Below are positions 19,696 to 29,198 of a DNA stretch of 53,364 bases, in pieces. Origin of the DNA: Acidobacteria bacterium RIFCSPLOWO2_02_FULL_61_28 (GTDB lineage Bacteria > Acidobacteriota > Terriglobia > 2-12-FULL-54-10); assembly GCA_001767035.1 (NCBI GenBank), contig MEKR01000188.1, forward strand, positions 1 through 53,364. The letters run 5' to 3'. A program made the position numbers and the translations under genes. Each line of letters starts with the position of its first letter. Position 1 is the stretch's first letter. The notes below the pieces were generated by a model. The model was given only the letters and a program-made list of their open reading frames with translations. It was not told the origin of the DNA and did no database searches.

Positions 19696-22632
19696 ATGAG
19701 AAACTGTGTTGGTATCCTTACGAATCCTGGTGGCAGCCGCCGGCGGGACGGGTGTGCGCCAAATGGGGGGCCTGTGAGACGGTTGCGACTACTTTCCTGT
19801 TTTGTGTTCCTGAGCGCCATGGTGTTGTTCCTGGTGTCGAGCGCCTGGGCGGCCACGGTTGCCGGACGCGTTTCGGACCCGGAAGGCGCGCCCATTCCCG
19901 GCGCGCAGGTGATCGCGCAAGGCCCGGAGGCCGGCGTCTCGAAGACAGCCGTCACGCGGGAGGACGGCAGCTTTTCGCTCGACCCGCTGCCGGCCGGCGT
20001 CTACACGCTCACCGTGCGCCGCGCGGGATTCGCGGAGCTGGTGCAGCAGAACGTCCCGGTGGGCGAAAACGGGGACTCGGTCCAGCTCAATCTGCGGTTG
20101 CGCTCCAACCGAGAGCAGGCCGTGAGCATGGGGATGGAGGAACTCAACCCCAACATCTTCATCGTCAAGCTCGATACCAATGAGATCGTCCGGCAACTCA
20201 GCACGCGCGGCGCCAACACCCAACTGGTCACCGAATTTCGCCCGCAGGAAAATTCCTTCGGCGCTCCCTATGGCTACCCGCTGCGGCGGGTCGAGTTGGC
20301 GCGGCCCGGAGGGCTCCTCCGCAGTTTTCACGGCTCGCTCTACGAAACGCACCAGAACAGCTCCCTGAACGCCCGCTCCTTCTTCACGGTGGGGGACCTT
20401 CTGCCTTCGCGGCGCAACGATTACGGCGCGTCCGTGGGCGGGCCGCTCGTGAGAGACAAATTGTCCACCGACTTTGCCTGGAGCCAGACGCGCGATTCCG
20501 GCTACGTCAACGGCAACATTCAGGTGCCCCTGCTGGAAGAGCGGATTCCGCGCTCGGCCGATCCGGCCACCAACGCCCTGATCGCCCGCCTGCTCACGGC
20601 TTATCCGAACCAACTGCCGAACCTGCCGAGTGTCGCCGCGCGGCAACTGAATACGAATGCACCGCGCGACGTCCGCAGCACGGGCTTCTCTACGCGCCTG
20701 GACTACCGGCCCCGCACGGCCGACCAGGTTGCCTTCGAACAGCGGTACTACGACGTGACCGAGGACCCTTTTGAGCTGGTGATCGGGCAGAACCCGATGA
20801 CCTTCCTGCGCCCCCAGAGCTATCACTTGACGCACAGCCATACGTTCTCGCCGCGCACGGTGTCCCGCCTGGGACTCAACTACGACCGCCTCGCGGTGTC
20901 TCTCGATGTCACCGACCGGTACAAGAATTTGCTCGCGCCGCTGGGATTGGCGACCGTCCCTGAGATCACCTTCGGGCGCAACGGCGATTTAACCGGCCTC
21001 GGTCCCGGCACGAATTATCCGCGACGCCGGATTGAGAACCGCTTCCACGTCGCGCCGGAGATCACGCAGGCGCGGGGCGATCATACGCTCGCCTTCGGAT
21101 TCCTGGTCTCGCGGTATCAGATCAACGATTTGCAGAGCGAGAATTCCCGCGGCGTCTTTGATTACACCCGGAACTTCGGACGCTCCGCCGTGGAGAACTT
21201 TCTGCTCGGACGGCCGAGTTCGTTCAAGATCAATCTGGGGGATTTCTACCGGGGATTCCGCAACTGGGAACAGGCCGTCTATTTCCAGGACCGCATCCGC
21301 TTGCGTCCCAACCTGACGATCTCGCTCGGCATGCGCTATGAGATGATGACGGCGCCGGTCGAAGTCAACAATCTGACTCCGATCACCTACCGGACCGATG
21401 CCAATAATTTTGCGCCGCACTTCGGCTTTGCGTGGAACCCGCGCGGAGGAAAGACGGCCATCCGCGGCGGCTACGGAGTCAGCTTTGGCGCGCTGTTCCC
21501 CTTGCTCTACCAGCGTGCGCGCTTCAATCCGCCGGCCGTCAAGGTGATTTCCGTGGACAACAATCCGAGCCTGGTCAATCCCCTGCAAGGGCTCGATCTC
21601 TCGAGCAGCGGGAACGAACGCTCCGGGCTGAACGCGCTCAGTCCCGACCTGGTTGTGCCGTACACGCACCTGTACACGCTGTCGGTCGAGCGCGAGCTGC
21701 CGGCGGGCCTGTTCTTCCGCGTGGGCTACATGGGCAGCCGCACGATGAAGCTCCCCTGGGAGGTGATTACCAACCGCGCGGAGCCGGACCCCGATCCGCG
21801 CCGCAACATCACCGCCACCATCAACGAGCGGCGGCCCGATCCGCGGTATCTGGAGATTGACACCGTCACCAACGGCGCCACCGCGTACTATGATTCGCTG
21901 AATGTTTCCGTCGAGAAGCGCCTCAGCCGGACCATGACCTGGAGCGCCCGCTACGTGTTCAGCAAAGTCATGGACACGGGCGACACCACCTTTGCCGACA
22001 TCGGCACCGGACGCCACAAGAGCATGATGCCGTACGATATCGTCGGCGACTTGAAAGGGGTCTCGCAGTTTGATACACCGCAGGCGCTCACCCTCACCTA
22101 CCGCTTCCAGCTCCCGGCATTCGGCGGGCAGGGCGTTCTGGCGCACGCGCTGGGCGGATGGAGATTCCTGGGCACCTATTCCTACCGCACCGGCGTGCCG
22201 TACATGCTCCATACCGGCTCCGATGCTCCCGGCTTCGGCAACGTGGACGGCGTGGGACAGGACCGGCCTCACATCTTGAACCCCAGCATCCTCGGCAAGG
22301 GAATCAACCATCCGGACACGTCTCAGTCCATCCTGCGCCGGGAGTACTTCGACCCGAACATCCCCGTCGGCGGACGCGGGAATCTGGGCTTTGACACGTT
22401 TCGGCTGGACGGCACCAACAATTTGAATTTCGCCGTGGAACGGGAATTCGCTCTCCGCAAAGGCGGCGACCAGTTGCCCGCGCTCCAGTTCCGCTCGGAA
22501 TTTTTCAATTTCCTGAATCACCCGCAGTTTGACACCTACGCTCCGCACTGGGGCAACGAAATCTTCGGAAAAATCACCAATACCGTCAACCGGGGCCGCA
22601 TCATCCAGTTCCTTCTGCGAGTGCGGTTTTAG
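19696..22632 (+). CDS. TonB-dependent receptor-like outer-membrane protein (carboxypeptidase-regulatory N-domain plus Oar-like barrel)
   Basis: GRVSDPEGAPIPGAQV, NARSFF, YFQDRIR, NNFAPHFGFAWNP, RSEFFNFLNHPQF, terminal F. The true start may lie downstream. Confidence 0.9.
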   Translation: MRNCVGILTNPGGSRRRDGCAPNGGPVRRLRLLSCFVFLSAMVLFLVSSAWAATVAGRVSDPEGAPIPGAQVIAQGPEAGVSKTAVTREDGSFSLDPLPAGVYTLTVRRAGFAELVQQNVPVGENGDSVQLNLRLRSNREQAVSMGMEELNPNIFIVKLDTNEIVRQLSTRGANTQLVTEFRPQENSFGAPYGYPLRRVELARPGGLLRSFHGSLYETHQNSSLNARSFFTVGDLLPSRRNDYGASVGGPLVRDKLSTDFAWSQTRDSGYVNGNIQVPLLEERIPRSADPATNALIARLLTAYPNQLPNLPSVAARQLNTNAPRDVRSTGFSTRLDYRPRTADQVAFEQRYYDVTEDPFELVIGQNPMTFLRPQSYHLTHSHTFSPRTVSRLGLNYDRLAVSLDVTDRYKNLLAPLGLATVPEITFGRNGDLTGLGPGTNYPRRRIENRFHVAPEITQARGDHTLAFGFLVSRYQINDLQSENSRGVFDYTRNFGRSAVENFLLGRPSSFKINLGDFYRGFRNWEQAVYFQDRIRLRPNLTISLGMRYEMMTAPVEVNNLTPITYRTDANNFAPHFGFAWNPRGGKTAIRGGYGVSFGALFPLLYQRARFNPPAVKVISVDNNPSLVNPLQGLDLSSSGNERSGLNALSPDLVVPYTHLYTLSVERELPAGLFFRVGYMGSRTMKLPWEVITNRAEPDPDPRRNITATINERRPDPRYLEIDTVTNGATAYYDSLNVSVEKRLSRTMTWSARYVFSKVMDTGDTTFADIGTGRHKSMMPYDIVGDLKGVSQFDTPQALTLTYRFQLPAFGGQGVLAHALGGWRFLGTYSYRTGVPYMLHTGSDAPGFGNVDGVGQDRPHILNPSILGKGINHPDTSQSILRREYFDPNIPVGGRGNLGFDTFRLDGTNNLNFAVEREFALRKGGDQLPALQFRSEFFNFLNHPQFDTYAPHWGNEIFGKITNTVNRGRIIQFLLRVRF

Positions 22633-22669
22633 GGCTGTATCACAATTGCTGTATAGCAGGTTCGCCGAG

Positions 22670-22759
22670 GTAGCCACGGCACGTTTTCTGTGCCGTGGGC
22701 TTTTGGCCGTGGGCTTTTGTCGGAACGAACCCACGGCATCAAGAACCTGCCGTGGCTAC
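22670..22759. repeat. Family-B GTAG REP doublet (REPIN)
   Basis: GTAGCCACGGCAC..GTGCCGTGGG ... CCCACGGCA..TGCCGTGGCTAC. Confidence 0.88.
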
Positions 22760-22821
22760 TCCCATTCCCGAATCCCCTGCCGCTTGCGCGATGAGCGCGC
22801 TACTGCTACACTCGCCTCACT

Positions 22822-24663
22822 TTGCCGGACCAGTCTGCTTCAATCCGGCTGCCGCTGCGCGACGATGCCGATGCGCGCGTCGCGGAATTGCTGCGCAACA
22901 TTGCCGAAGCCTGCCGCCGCCAATCGAGCGAAGACTACAATCAATCGAACAAGCGGTTAGCGGAAGAATTTCTGGCGCAGATTGAGCGCGATTTCCCCGG
23001 CCGCTGCATAGCGCGCCGCCAGCCGATCCCGACCTTTCACATTCGTACCACGGACTCGAACTACATCTTCACCGTGCCGGGGCGCTCGGAGAATGAGCTG
23101 GTTCTGGTGGCGCACTTCGACACCTGGCGCGGGCCGGGGGCCGACGACAACACCACCGGCGAGGAGGTCTTGAAGCAATACCTGCTCGAAGACCTGCGGC
23201 GGGCGGAGCCGCCTCCGCTGACGCATACTTACATTTTGGCAGGGTCGGAGGAATGCGGACTGATCGGGTTCGTATCGCAATGCCTGCTCGCCGCCGGTTT
23301 GGTGGCGGCGAATCTCTCCTACCAATCCGGCAGCGTGATCGAAGCGCTGATCGCGCTGATTGCCATTCCGCTCGCCAAGTACCGCTTTGGCGTGGCCGGC
23401 TCGCGCGTCTATGTCCAGAGCCTCAGCCCGGACGAGCTGGCGCGGACGCAGGCCGTCATTGCCGTGGACTCGGTCGGCGAAGGGCGCATGTATGTCCCCA
23501 GCACGAGCCTGGGCGCCGATTTTGTGCGCGCCTTCATTCCGTTCCCCGGCTACGACCGCTTGAATGACTTGCTCGAAGAAGCCGCCCATCTGCACGGCAT
23601 CAAGTACAACCGCTTTCTCTCGGGCGGCACCACGGACCACGTCTCGTGGCTCGAAGTCAACAACAGCCTCCTCGATTGGGTTCGGGAACACCTCGGAGGA
23701 AAGAAAAAATTAAAGGTCCCGGCGGCGGCGCTCATTACGATGTGTCCCGGCAAGGCCTCGCCGTTTGTCTTTGGCGGCAAGATTCACACGCCGGCCGATA
23801 CGGCCGACCGCGTCTACCCCGAGCCGCTGCGCCAGACGCTCCACGTCCTCGACTACTTCTTCCACATCTTCGAAGGAGGCGCGAAACCGAGCGAGCCTCG
23901 CACGCCGGAGGACTGCCACTACGCCCGCCTCTACGCCGCCGGGAGCGAGACCTATCTCGTGCTCAAAGACGCCGTCGAGCCGAATCGCCGCAACCTGAAC
24001 ATGATCTACCGCGTCGAGGCCGGGATCACCGAGGACGGGCCAAACCGCGTCGCCCGCGTCCGCATCGGAGCGTGTGTTAGGTGGGGCGTGGAGACTTCGA
24101 TGGACGAAGAGATCGCAAACTTCCTGGCGGGGAAAGAAAATCCGAGCCGCGATTCCGAGCCGCGACCCACGGCAAGCCGGGGCAGGCCGCAAGGGAGCGG
24201 TGGTTTGAATCCGAGCCGCGACCGTGAGCGAGCGGTCCTGACTGCCTGCCGGCGCATTCCACTTACAGAAATTCACGTTGAAAACGGCCCCACGTTCTGG
24301 CGGCGGTTTGGGTTGATTCGGAGCCTGCGGGCGGCGGCGCATTCGGTTGTCGGCCACGTCGCGGAGTGGATGGGCCGCTACAGCTTCCTGATTTACTTTC
24401 TCGCCGCCTACCTGGTTGCGGAAGCGTTCAACATGGCGATGGACGCCGCGTTCTGGGCTTCGCCAGAGTTCGCCGTTCAGTTCTTCCGCTTCTATTGGGC
24501 GACCATCCCGTTCACGGTGGCCCTGGAATTCGGGCTGATTACATACCTCTTTGTGGTGGCCATTCCGACGGTGATTGACAACAGCTATCGGCATCTCAAC
24601 CGGGCCGACAATCTGCTGAGCCTGAAGCGGGCAAGAAAGCAGGGAGCAGGGAACAGGGAATAG
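22822..24663 (+). CDS. M28 family zinc peptidase with membrane segments; in-frame repeat insertion at about 24139-24238
   Basis: AHFDT, GADDNTTG, GSEECG, DSVG, TDH and IHTPADT metal-ligand motifs; hydrophobic helices. Confidence 0.75.
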   Translation: MPDQSASIRLPLRDDADARVAELLRNIAEACRRQSSEDYNQSNKRLAEEFLAQIERDFPGRCIARRQPIPTFHIRTTDSNYIFTVPGRSENELVLVAHFDTWRGPGADDNTTGEEVLKQYLLEDLRRAEPPPLTHTYILAGSEECGLIGFVSQCLLAAGLVAANLSYQSGSVIEALIALIAIPLAKYRFGVAGSRVYVQSLSPDELARTQAVIAVDSVGEGRMYVPSTSLGADFVRAFIPFPGYDRLNDLLEEAAHLHGIKYNRFLSGGTTDHVSWLEVNNSLLDWVREHLGGKKKLKVPAAALITMCPGKASPFVFGGKIHTPADTADRVYPEPLRQTLHVLDYFFHIFEGGAKPSEPRTPEDCHYARLYAAGSETYLVLKDAVEPNRRNLNMIYRVEAGITEDGPNRVARVRIGACVRWGVETSMDEEIANFLAGKENPSRDSEPRPTASRGRPQGSGGLNPSRDRERAVLTACRRIPLTEIHVENGPTFWRRFGLIRSLRAAAHSVVGHVAEWMGRYSFLIYFLAAYLVAEAFNMAMDAAFWASPEFAVQFFRFYWATIPFTVALEFGLITYLFVVAIPTVIDNSYRHLNRADNLLSLKRARKQGAGNRE

Positions 24664-24728
24664 GGAAGAAACCGGAAGCAGAACCATTACCGATTCCAGA
24701 TTCCATTTTCTCTAATCCCTGTTCCCTA

Positions 24729-26513
24729 CTACGGCCGATACCGCCGCGAGGGGTGTCGGCACGGAAGCCAATCTTTGCGGCGCAGAGTCCGGACCTGGTT
24801 CCAGTCTTCGGCGCGGCAGGCCGGAAACCAGAAGGCGCTGTCGGCGGCCCAGGCCAGGCCGGCGGCGCCGAGCAGCCGCAGCGGCAGCCGCTTTCGCAGA
24901 GCGTAGTCGCGCCAATCCATTCCCCATGGGAAATCGTGCACAACGCGTAGGCCCGCGCGCCGCAGCAGCCGCGCCAGCTTCCACGGTCCCAGCAGGTGCA
25001 CGTCGCCGTAGGTCTTGTACTCCTGGAGGAAGCTCGGGTTCTTCCAGCGGATGTAGCGGTCTGCGAGCCACACGGGCAGGTACTGCGGCCCGTAAAGAAA
25101 CGTGTGGCCTTCGAAGGGATAGAGCCGGTTCGGCGTGGTCAGCAGCAGGAGGCCGTTCTGCCGCAGCACGCGGCGAATTTCCTGAAGGAAACGCAACTGC
25201 CAGTCCTCGCCGCCGACCAGGTGCTCGATGACGTCGAAGGCGACCACGATGTCAACCGAGCCGTCCGCGAGCGGCAGGCCCGTTCCCGAAGCCCGGATCA
25301 GGCTCGCGCGTTCCGGCTGCGGCAGGCCGTGAATGACCGCGTGGGCCATCTCCAGGATCGCGGGAAAGAAATCCGAGCCAATATAAAACCCCCCTTCTGC
25401 GGTGACGATCTGGCTCAGTCCGCCGGTGCCGCAGCCGATGTCGAGCACTCGCTTGCCGCGAAAATCAATCCGGATGCGGGAGCAGAACGCTTCGACCAGC
25501 TCGAAGTTCCGCGCGAGCGTTTCGGTCCAGTAGCCCACCCACTTGGCGATGGCCGCCTCGTTCTCCCGCCCGAACTTCAGTTCCGCGTAGTGGCGGGCGC
25601 GCTGCTCGAATTGCGACCGGGGAGAAAGTTGCGGCGCCGGCGGCGCTTGCTTGGAATGCTTCCACGGGCGTGGCTTGCGCCGGCGCGCCTGCTCCCAGTT
25701 CTCTCGGCGGCAGGCCGAAACCCAGAAGCAAGCGGGCGCGGCCCAGCCGAGTCCCAGCGCGCTCAACAGTCGCAGGCAGAGGCGCTTGGGGAACGCATAG
25801 TTTTCAAGCGGCTTCCCGCCGGGGAAATCCGGGATCAGCGTGAGGCCGGCCTTCTCAAGAAGCTCCTTCATCTTCCAGGGGGTCAGCAGGTGGACCTCGC
25901 CGTAGGTCTTGTATTCCTGGAGGAAGCTCGGGTTGCGCCAGCGGATGTAGCGGTCGGCGAGCGGGACCGGGAGGTAATGCGGGCCGTAGAGGGCCGTGTG
26001 CGGCTCAAAGGGGTGGAGACGGTTCGGCGTGGTCAGCAGCAAGATTCCGTCCGGGCGGAGCACCCGGCGGATTTCCCGCAAGAAGGCCAGTTGCCAGGAT
26101 TCGCCGCCGACCAGATGCTCGATCACGTCGAAGGCCGTGACCAGGTCCACGGATTCATCCCGCAGCGGCAAACTCGTGCCGGAGCCGCGCAGGAGCTGCG
26201 CCGGGGGCGAATGCGGAAGATCGCGGATAAACGCCTGGGCCATCTCCAGCACCGCTGGATAATAATCCAGGCCGATGTAGGAACCGCCTTCCTCGGTGAC
26301 CACCGAGGCCAGGCCGCCGGTCCCGCATCCGATGTCGAGCACGGTCTTGCCGGCAAAGGCCACCTCCGTTTGCGTCGAGAGAATCTCGACCAGCTCGATG
26401 TTCCGCCCGGCGGTCTCGCGCCAATACTCCACCCATTCCGAAATAGCCGGCTCGTTCTCTTTGCCGAACTTGATTTCGGCGTAATGGCGGACTAAATTCT
26501 CGAAGTTGGACAT
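24729..26513 (-). CDS. Tandem-duplicated class I SAM-dependent methyltransferase
   Basis: Two similar halves, each with VLDIGCGTGG, AFDVIEHL and LLLTTPNR. Start set at MSNFEN. Confidence 0.88.
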   Translation of the reverse strand: MSNFENLVRHYAEIKFGKENEPAISEWVEYWRETAGRNIELVEILSTQTEVAFAGKTVLDIGCGTGGLASVVTEEGGSYIGLDYYPAVLEMAQAFIRDLPHSPPAQLLRGSGTSLPLRDESVDLVTAFDVIEHLVGGESWQLAFLREIRRVLRPDGILLLTTPNRLHPFEPHTALYGPHYLPVPLADRYIRWRNPSFLQEYKTYGEVHLLTPWKMKELLEKAGLTLIPDFPGGKPLENYAFPKRLCLRLLSALGLGWAAPACFWVSACRRENWEQARRRKPRPWKHSKQAPPAPQLSPRSQFEQRARHYAELKFGRENEAAIAKWVGYWTETLARNFELVEAFCSRIRIDFRGKRVLDIGCGTGGLSQIVTAEGGFYIGSDFFPAILEMAHAVIHGLPQPERASLIRASGTGLPLADGSVDIVVAFDVIEHLVGGEDWQLRFLQEIRRVLRQNGLLLLTTPNRLYPFEGHTFLYGPQYLPVWLADRYIRWKNPSFLQEYKTYGDVHLLGPWKLARLLRRAGLRVVHDFPWGMDWRDYALRKRLPLRLLGAAGLAWAADSAFWFPACRAEDWNQVRTLRRKDWLPCRHPSRRYRP

Positions 26514-26541
26514 AAGTCGCCCTTCGATTCTACTATCGGTT

Positions 26542-27456
26542 ATGGAACTTGGACCACCGTTCGGCCTGCAACCCTTTGAGGTGCTGTTTGACAAGAGCGA
26601 GTTCAATCGCGTCTTGCCGCCGGGCTTGCTCGCGTTCGTGGGGAATCTGGGTTTCCCGCCCCGGCCAGCCGGGGAGCGCCCCTGGGTCTTCGCCAATTTT
26701 GTGCAGAGCCTTGACGGGCTGGTGAGTTTCGGCGGCCGGCGGCACAGCGGCGAATGGGTGGCGCGGAGCCGCCACGACCGCTGGATGATGGACCTGCTGC
26801 GCGCGCACGCTGACGCGCTCCTCTGCGGCGCGCGGTCGCTCGCGCTCGAAACGCTCTCGGGCTCCATCCCCGGCGGGCCAGTCTATCGCATTGTCCACCC
26901 GGAGCTGCTCCGGTATCGGCAGGAACGGCTGGGCCGCAAGAAGCTCATCGTCATTCTCGTGACCGTCAGCGGAAACTTGCGCCCGGCGGACTACCGGCTT
27001 TTTCACTCCGAGCACGTCGAGGCATGGATCGCTACAACCCCCGACGGACGCGCGCGCCTGGGCGATCCCGGCAAAGCGCGCGTTCTGGTCACCGGACAGG
27101 GAAGCGTTTTTGACCTGGGAGACTTATTGCGCCGCCTGCGGAGCGAGCACGGCATCGAGTACCTGTTGTGCGAGGGCGGGCCGACGCTCTATGGCCATCT
27201 CGTTCGCGGCGGTTGGGTGGATGAAAAATTCATCACGGTCGCGCCGCAAGAGATTGGCCCGGGCATTCCTCCCGAGCAGGAACTGACGGATTGGGAAAAG
27301 GCCGGCGGGACCCCGATCCGTCCGACGAGCTTTGCGGGGACCGGGTTCACCATCGAGGAGGCGCGCTGGTATCGCTGGGTGAGCTGCCGGAAGGCGGGCG
27401 ACCACGAGTTCAGCCGGTACCGGGCGGCGTCGGTGGGAATGCCAGTTCTTCCTTAG
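26542..27456 (+). CDS. RibD C-terminal / dihydrofolate-reductase-family protein
   Basis: RPWVFANFVQSLDG, LRAHADALLCGA, LLCEGGPTL, DEKFITVAP. Confidence 0.85.
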   Translation: MELGPPFGLQPFEVLFDKSEFNRVLPPGLLAFVGNLGFPPRPAGERPWVFANFVQSLDGLVSFGGRRHSGEWVARSRHDRWMMDLLRAHADALLCGARSLALETLSGSIPGGPVYRIVHPELLRYRQERLGRKKLIVILVTVSGNLRPADYRLFHSEHVEAWIATTPDGRARLGDPGKARVLVTGQGSVFDLGDLLRRLRSEHGIEYLLCEGGPTLYGHLVRGGWVDEKFITVAPQEIGPGIPPEQELTDWEKAGGTPIRPTSFAGTGFTIEEARWYRWVSCRKAGDHEFSRYRAASVGMPVLP

Positions 27457-28259
27457 GGTTTCGCTTCTCCGCGTCGCGCCCTCGGCAGATGATCTTCGAG
27501 CAGATGGTCCTCGCAGACCACCGACTCCAGCATCAGCGCGTTCCTCCCCGTCGCCAACTGGAAAACCCTCTTTCCATTCCAGGGTTTCGCATAGGTCTTC
27601 GGGTCTTCAAAGGTGAAGTCAATTTGCAAGATGTCCTGTGCAGTGCGCCGGATGCGCTCCACGATGTGCATCGCGTCGCTTTGCGGATGCCCCATCGTGT
27701 CAAGCCAGGTAAGCCCGTTGAGCGCGATCGTATCCACGACCAGCGTGTCGCCTTCATACTTGCCGGTCGAGTGCCCCATGTAGGTGTTGTACATCCCCTC
27801 GGGATGTTCCTGATTCATGTGGACTCGGCGGATGCCGTTGCCCGACTCAAACAGAATGTACACGACGCCGGGCGTTTGAACGATCTCAAACGGGTGGTTG
27901 ACCGTGAACGCCCGTGTCGGGCCGTAGGGAAGACAGTGGATGGTGGGGTCGAGCGGCTCGTGTCCACGATCGAACGGATTCCGCAGATACCCCGAGCGGA
28001 TGGCTTTGTATTTCGCCGCCGCTTCCGGGAGCATCTGCGGCTCCACGCCGTTCACCGTTATGGCGAAGCCCGGCCCCTCTCCGGGAGCCAGCACCCGCTC
28101 ACCACCCCGCGTGAGTCTTCCCCACACTCCAGAGAGGTTCGGGATCGAGGTCTTGGTGGTTCCCGACTCCGGCTGCGCCGGGGTCTGAGCGAGGACCACC
28201 GGCGAGAGGGCGAGCGCCCCGGTCAGCACAACGAACGAAACCAGTAAACGATTTCGCAT
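27453..28259 (-). CDS. Secreted hypothetical protein (PNLSGVW ... DP..CLP.G ... G.S.G.YEGDTLVVDT family)
   Basis: Signal peptide and conserved-looking motifs HIVERIRR, FEDPKTY, VCE. Confidence 0.8.
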   Translation of the reverse strand: MRNRLLVSFVVLTGALALSPVVLAQTPAQPESGTTKTSIPNLSGVWGRLTRGGERVLAPGEGPGFAITVNGVEPQMLPEAAAKYKAIRSGYLRNPFDRGHEPLDPTIHCLPYGPTRAFTVNHPFEIVQTPGVVYILFESGNGIRRVHMNQEHPEGMYNTYMGHSTGKYEGDTLVVDTIALNGLTWLDTMGHPQSDAMHIVERIRRTAQDILQIDFTFEDPKTYAKPWNGKRVFQLATGRNALMLESVVCEDHLLEDHLPRARRGEAKP

Positions 28260-28276
28260 GTTGCCCCCCCTTGTTC

Positions 28277-29086
28277 TCAATGCTCGTTCAGCTCGATGTA
28301 GGTCCCCCACGGATCGGTGAAAAAAGCGATGCCAACACCCGTCTGCGGGTTTTTGCTATAGGGCCTGTCGAACTTCATTCCGCCTGCTTCGAGCTTCTTG
28401 CAGTAGGCCTCGAGGTTCTTCACCTCAAACCCGATATGATCGAGCAATCTTCCTTTGGTTCCCACGGTGGGAGTGTCAGATTTGGAAAACGTCAGGTTTA
28501 CGCCGGGCATGTCCGCCGCCTGGTTTTGGCCCCGCATTCCGGGCTTGGCGCCGAACATTTTGGCGTACCAGGCCTGGATTTCCGGAATGGCGGCCTCCGC
28601 CACATAGAAATGGATGTGGTGCATCGCCATCGGAACAGCGAGCGACTTGTCTTCGAGAATCTCAATCCGCATGTCGTCCGGGGAGTACACGTAGGCCTGT
28701 CCGGGGATCCGGCCCGGCTCCACTTTCACGCCCGCGGCCTTCCATCGGGTAACCGCCTGCTCGGTGTTCTGCACCCGGAACCCGATGTGATTCACCACCG
28801 TTCCCACCATGCCGCCGGAGGACGGCTGTGCGCCGGCCGCCAAGTGGAGATAGACATAGACGCCGGGGATTTGCGAGACCTCGAACTGTCCCACTTTCAT
28901 CGGCGTGCCCCCGAGCGCGGTCCAGAACTTCTTGTTGGCCTCAACATCGCCTGTATTCAAATGCAGATGTCCCATGGCCGCGCCCGCTTCATTCGGAGGC
29001 GGGTACTGGAGAACAGGCGCTTGCGCCCACGACGCCGCCAGCGGCCACAGCACGACCAGACTCAGCATGGAAATCAATCGTTTCAT
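28277..29086 (-). CDS. Periplasmic VOC (glyoxalase-fold) protein, two domains
   Basis: Signal peptide; GHLHL, NHIGF, HHIHF, DHIGFEV, DPWGTYIEL. Confidence 0.87.
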   Translation of the reverse strand: MKRLISMLSLVVLWPLAASWAQAPVLQYPPPNEAGAAMGHLHLNTGDVEANKKFWTALGGTPMKVGQFEVSQIPGVYVYLHLAAGAQPSSGGMVGTVVNHIGFRVQNTEQAVTRWKAAGVKVEPGRIPGQAYVYSPDDMRIEILEDKSLAVPMAMHHIHFYVAEAAIPEIQAWYAKMFGAKPGMRGQNQAADMPGVNLTFSKSDTPTVGTKGRLLDHIGFEVKNLEAYCKKLEAGGMKFDRPYSKNPQTGVGIAFFTDPWGTYIELNEH

Positions 29087-29198
29087 GGATCGCTCCTTCC
29101 GTGTCAAGAGATAGAAAGTCGCCCATCCGCCTCGTTCATGAACCATCCCGGTTTCGTCATGCCCGGACGAATTCGTGTGCCACTATACTACTCAATTC

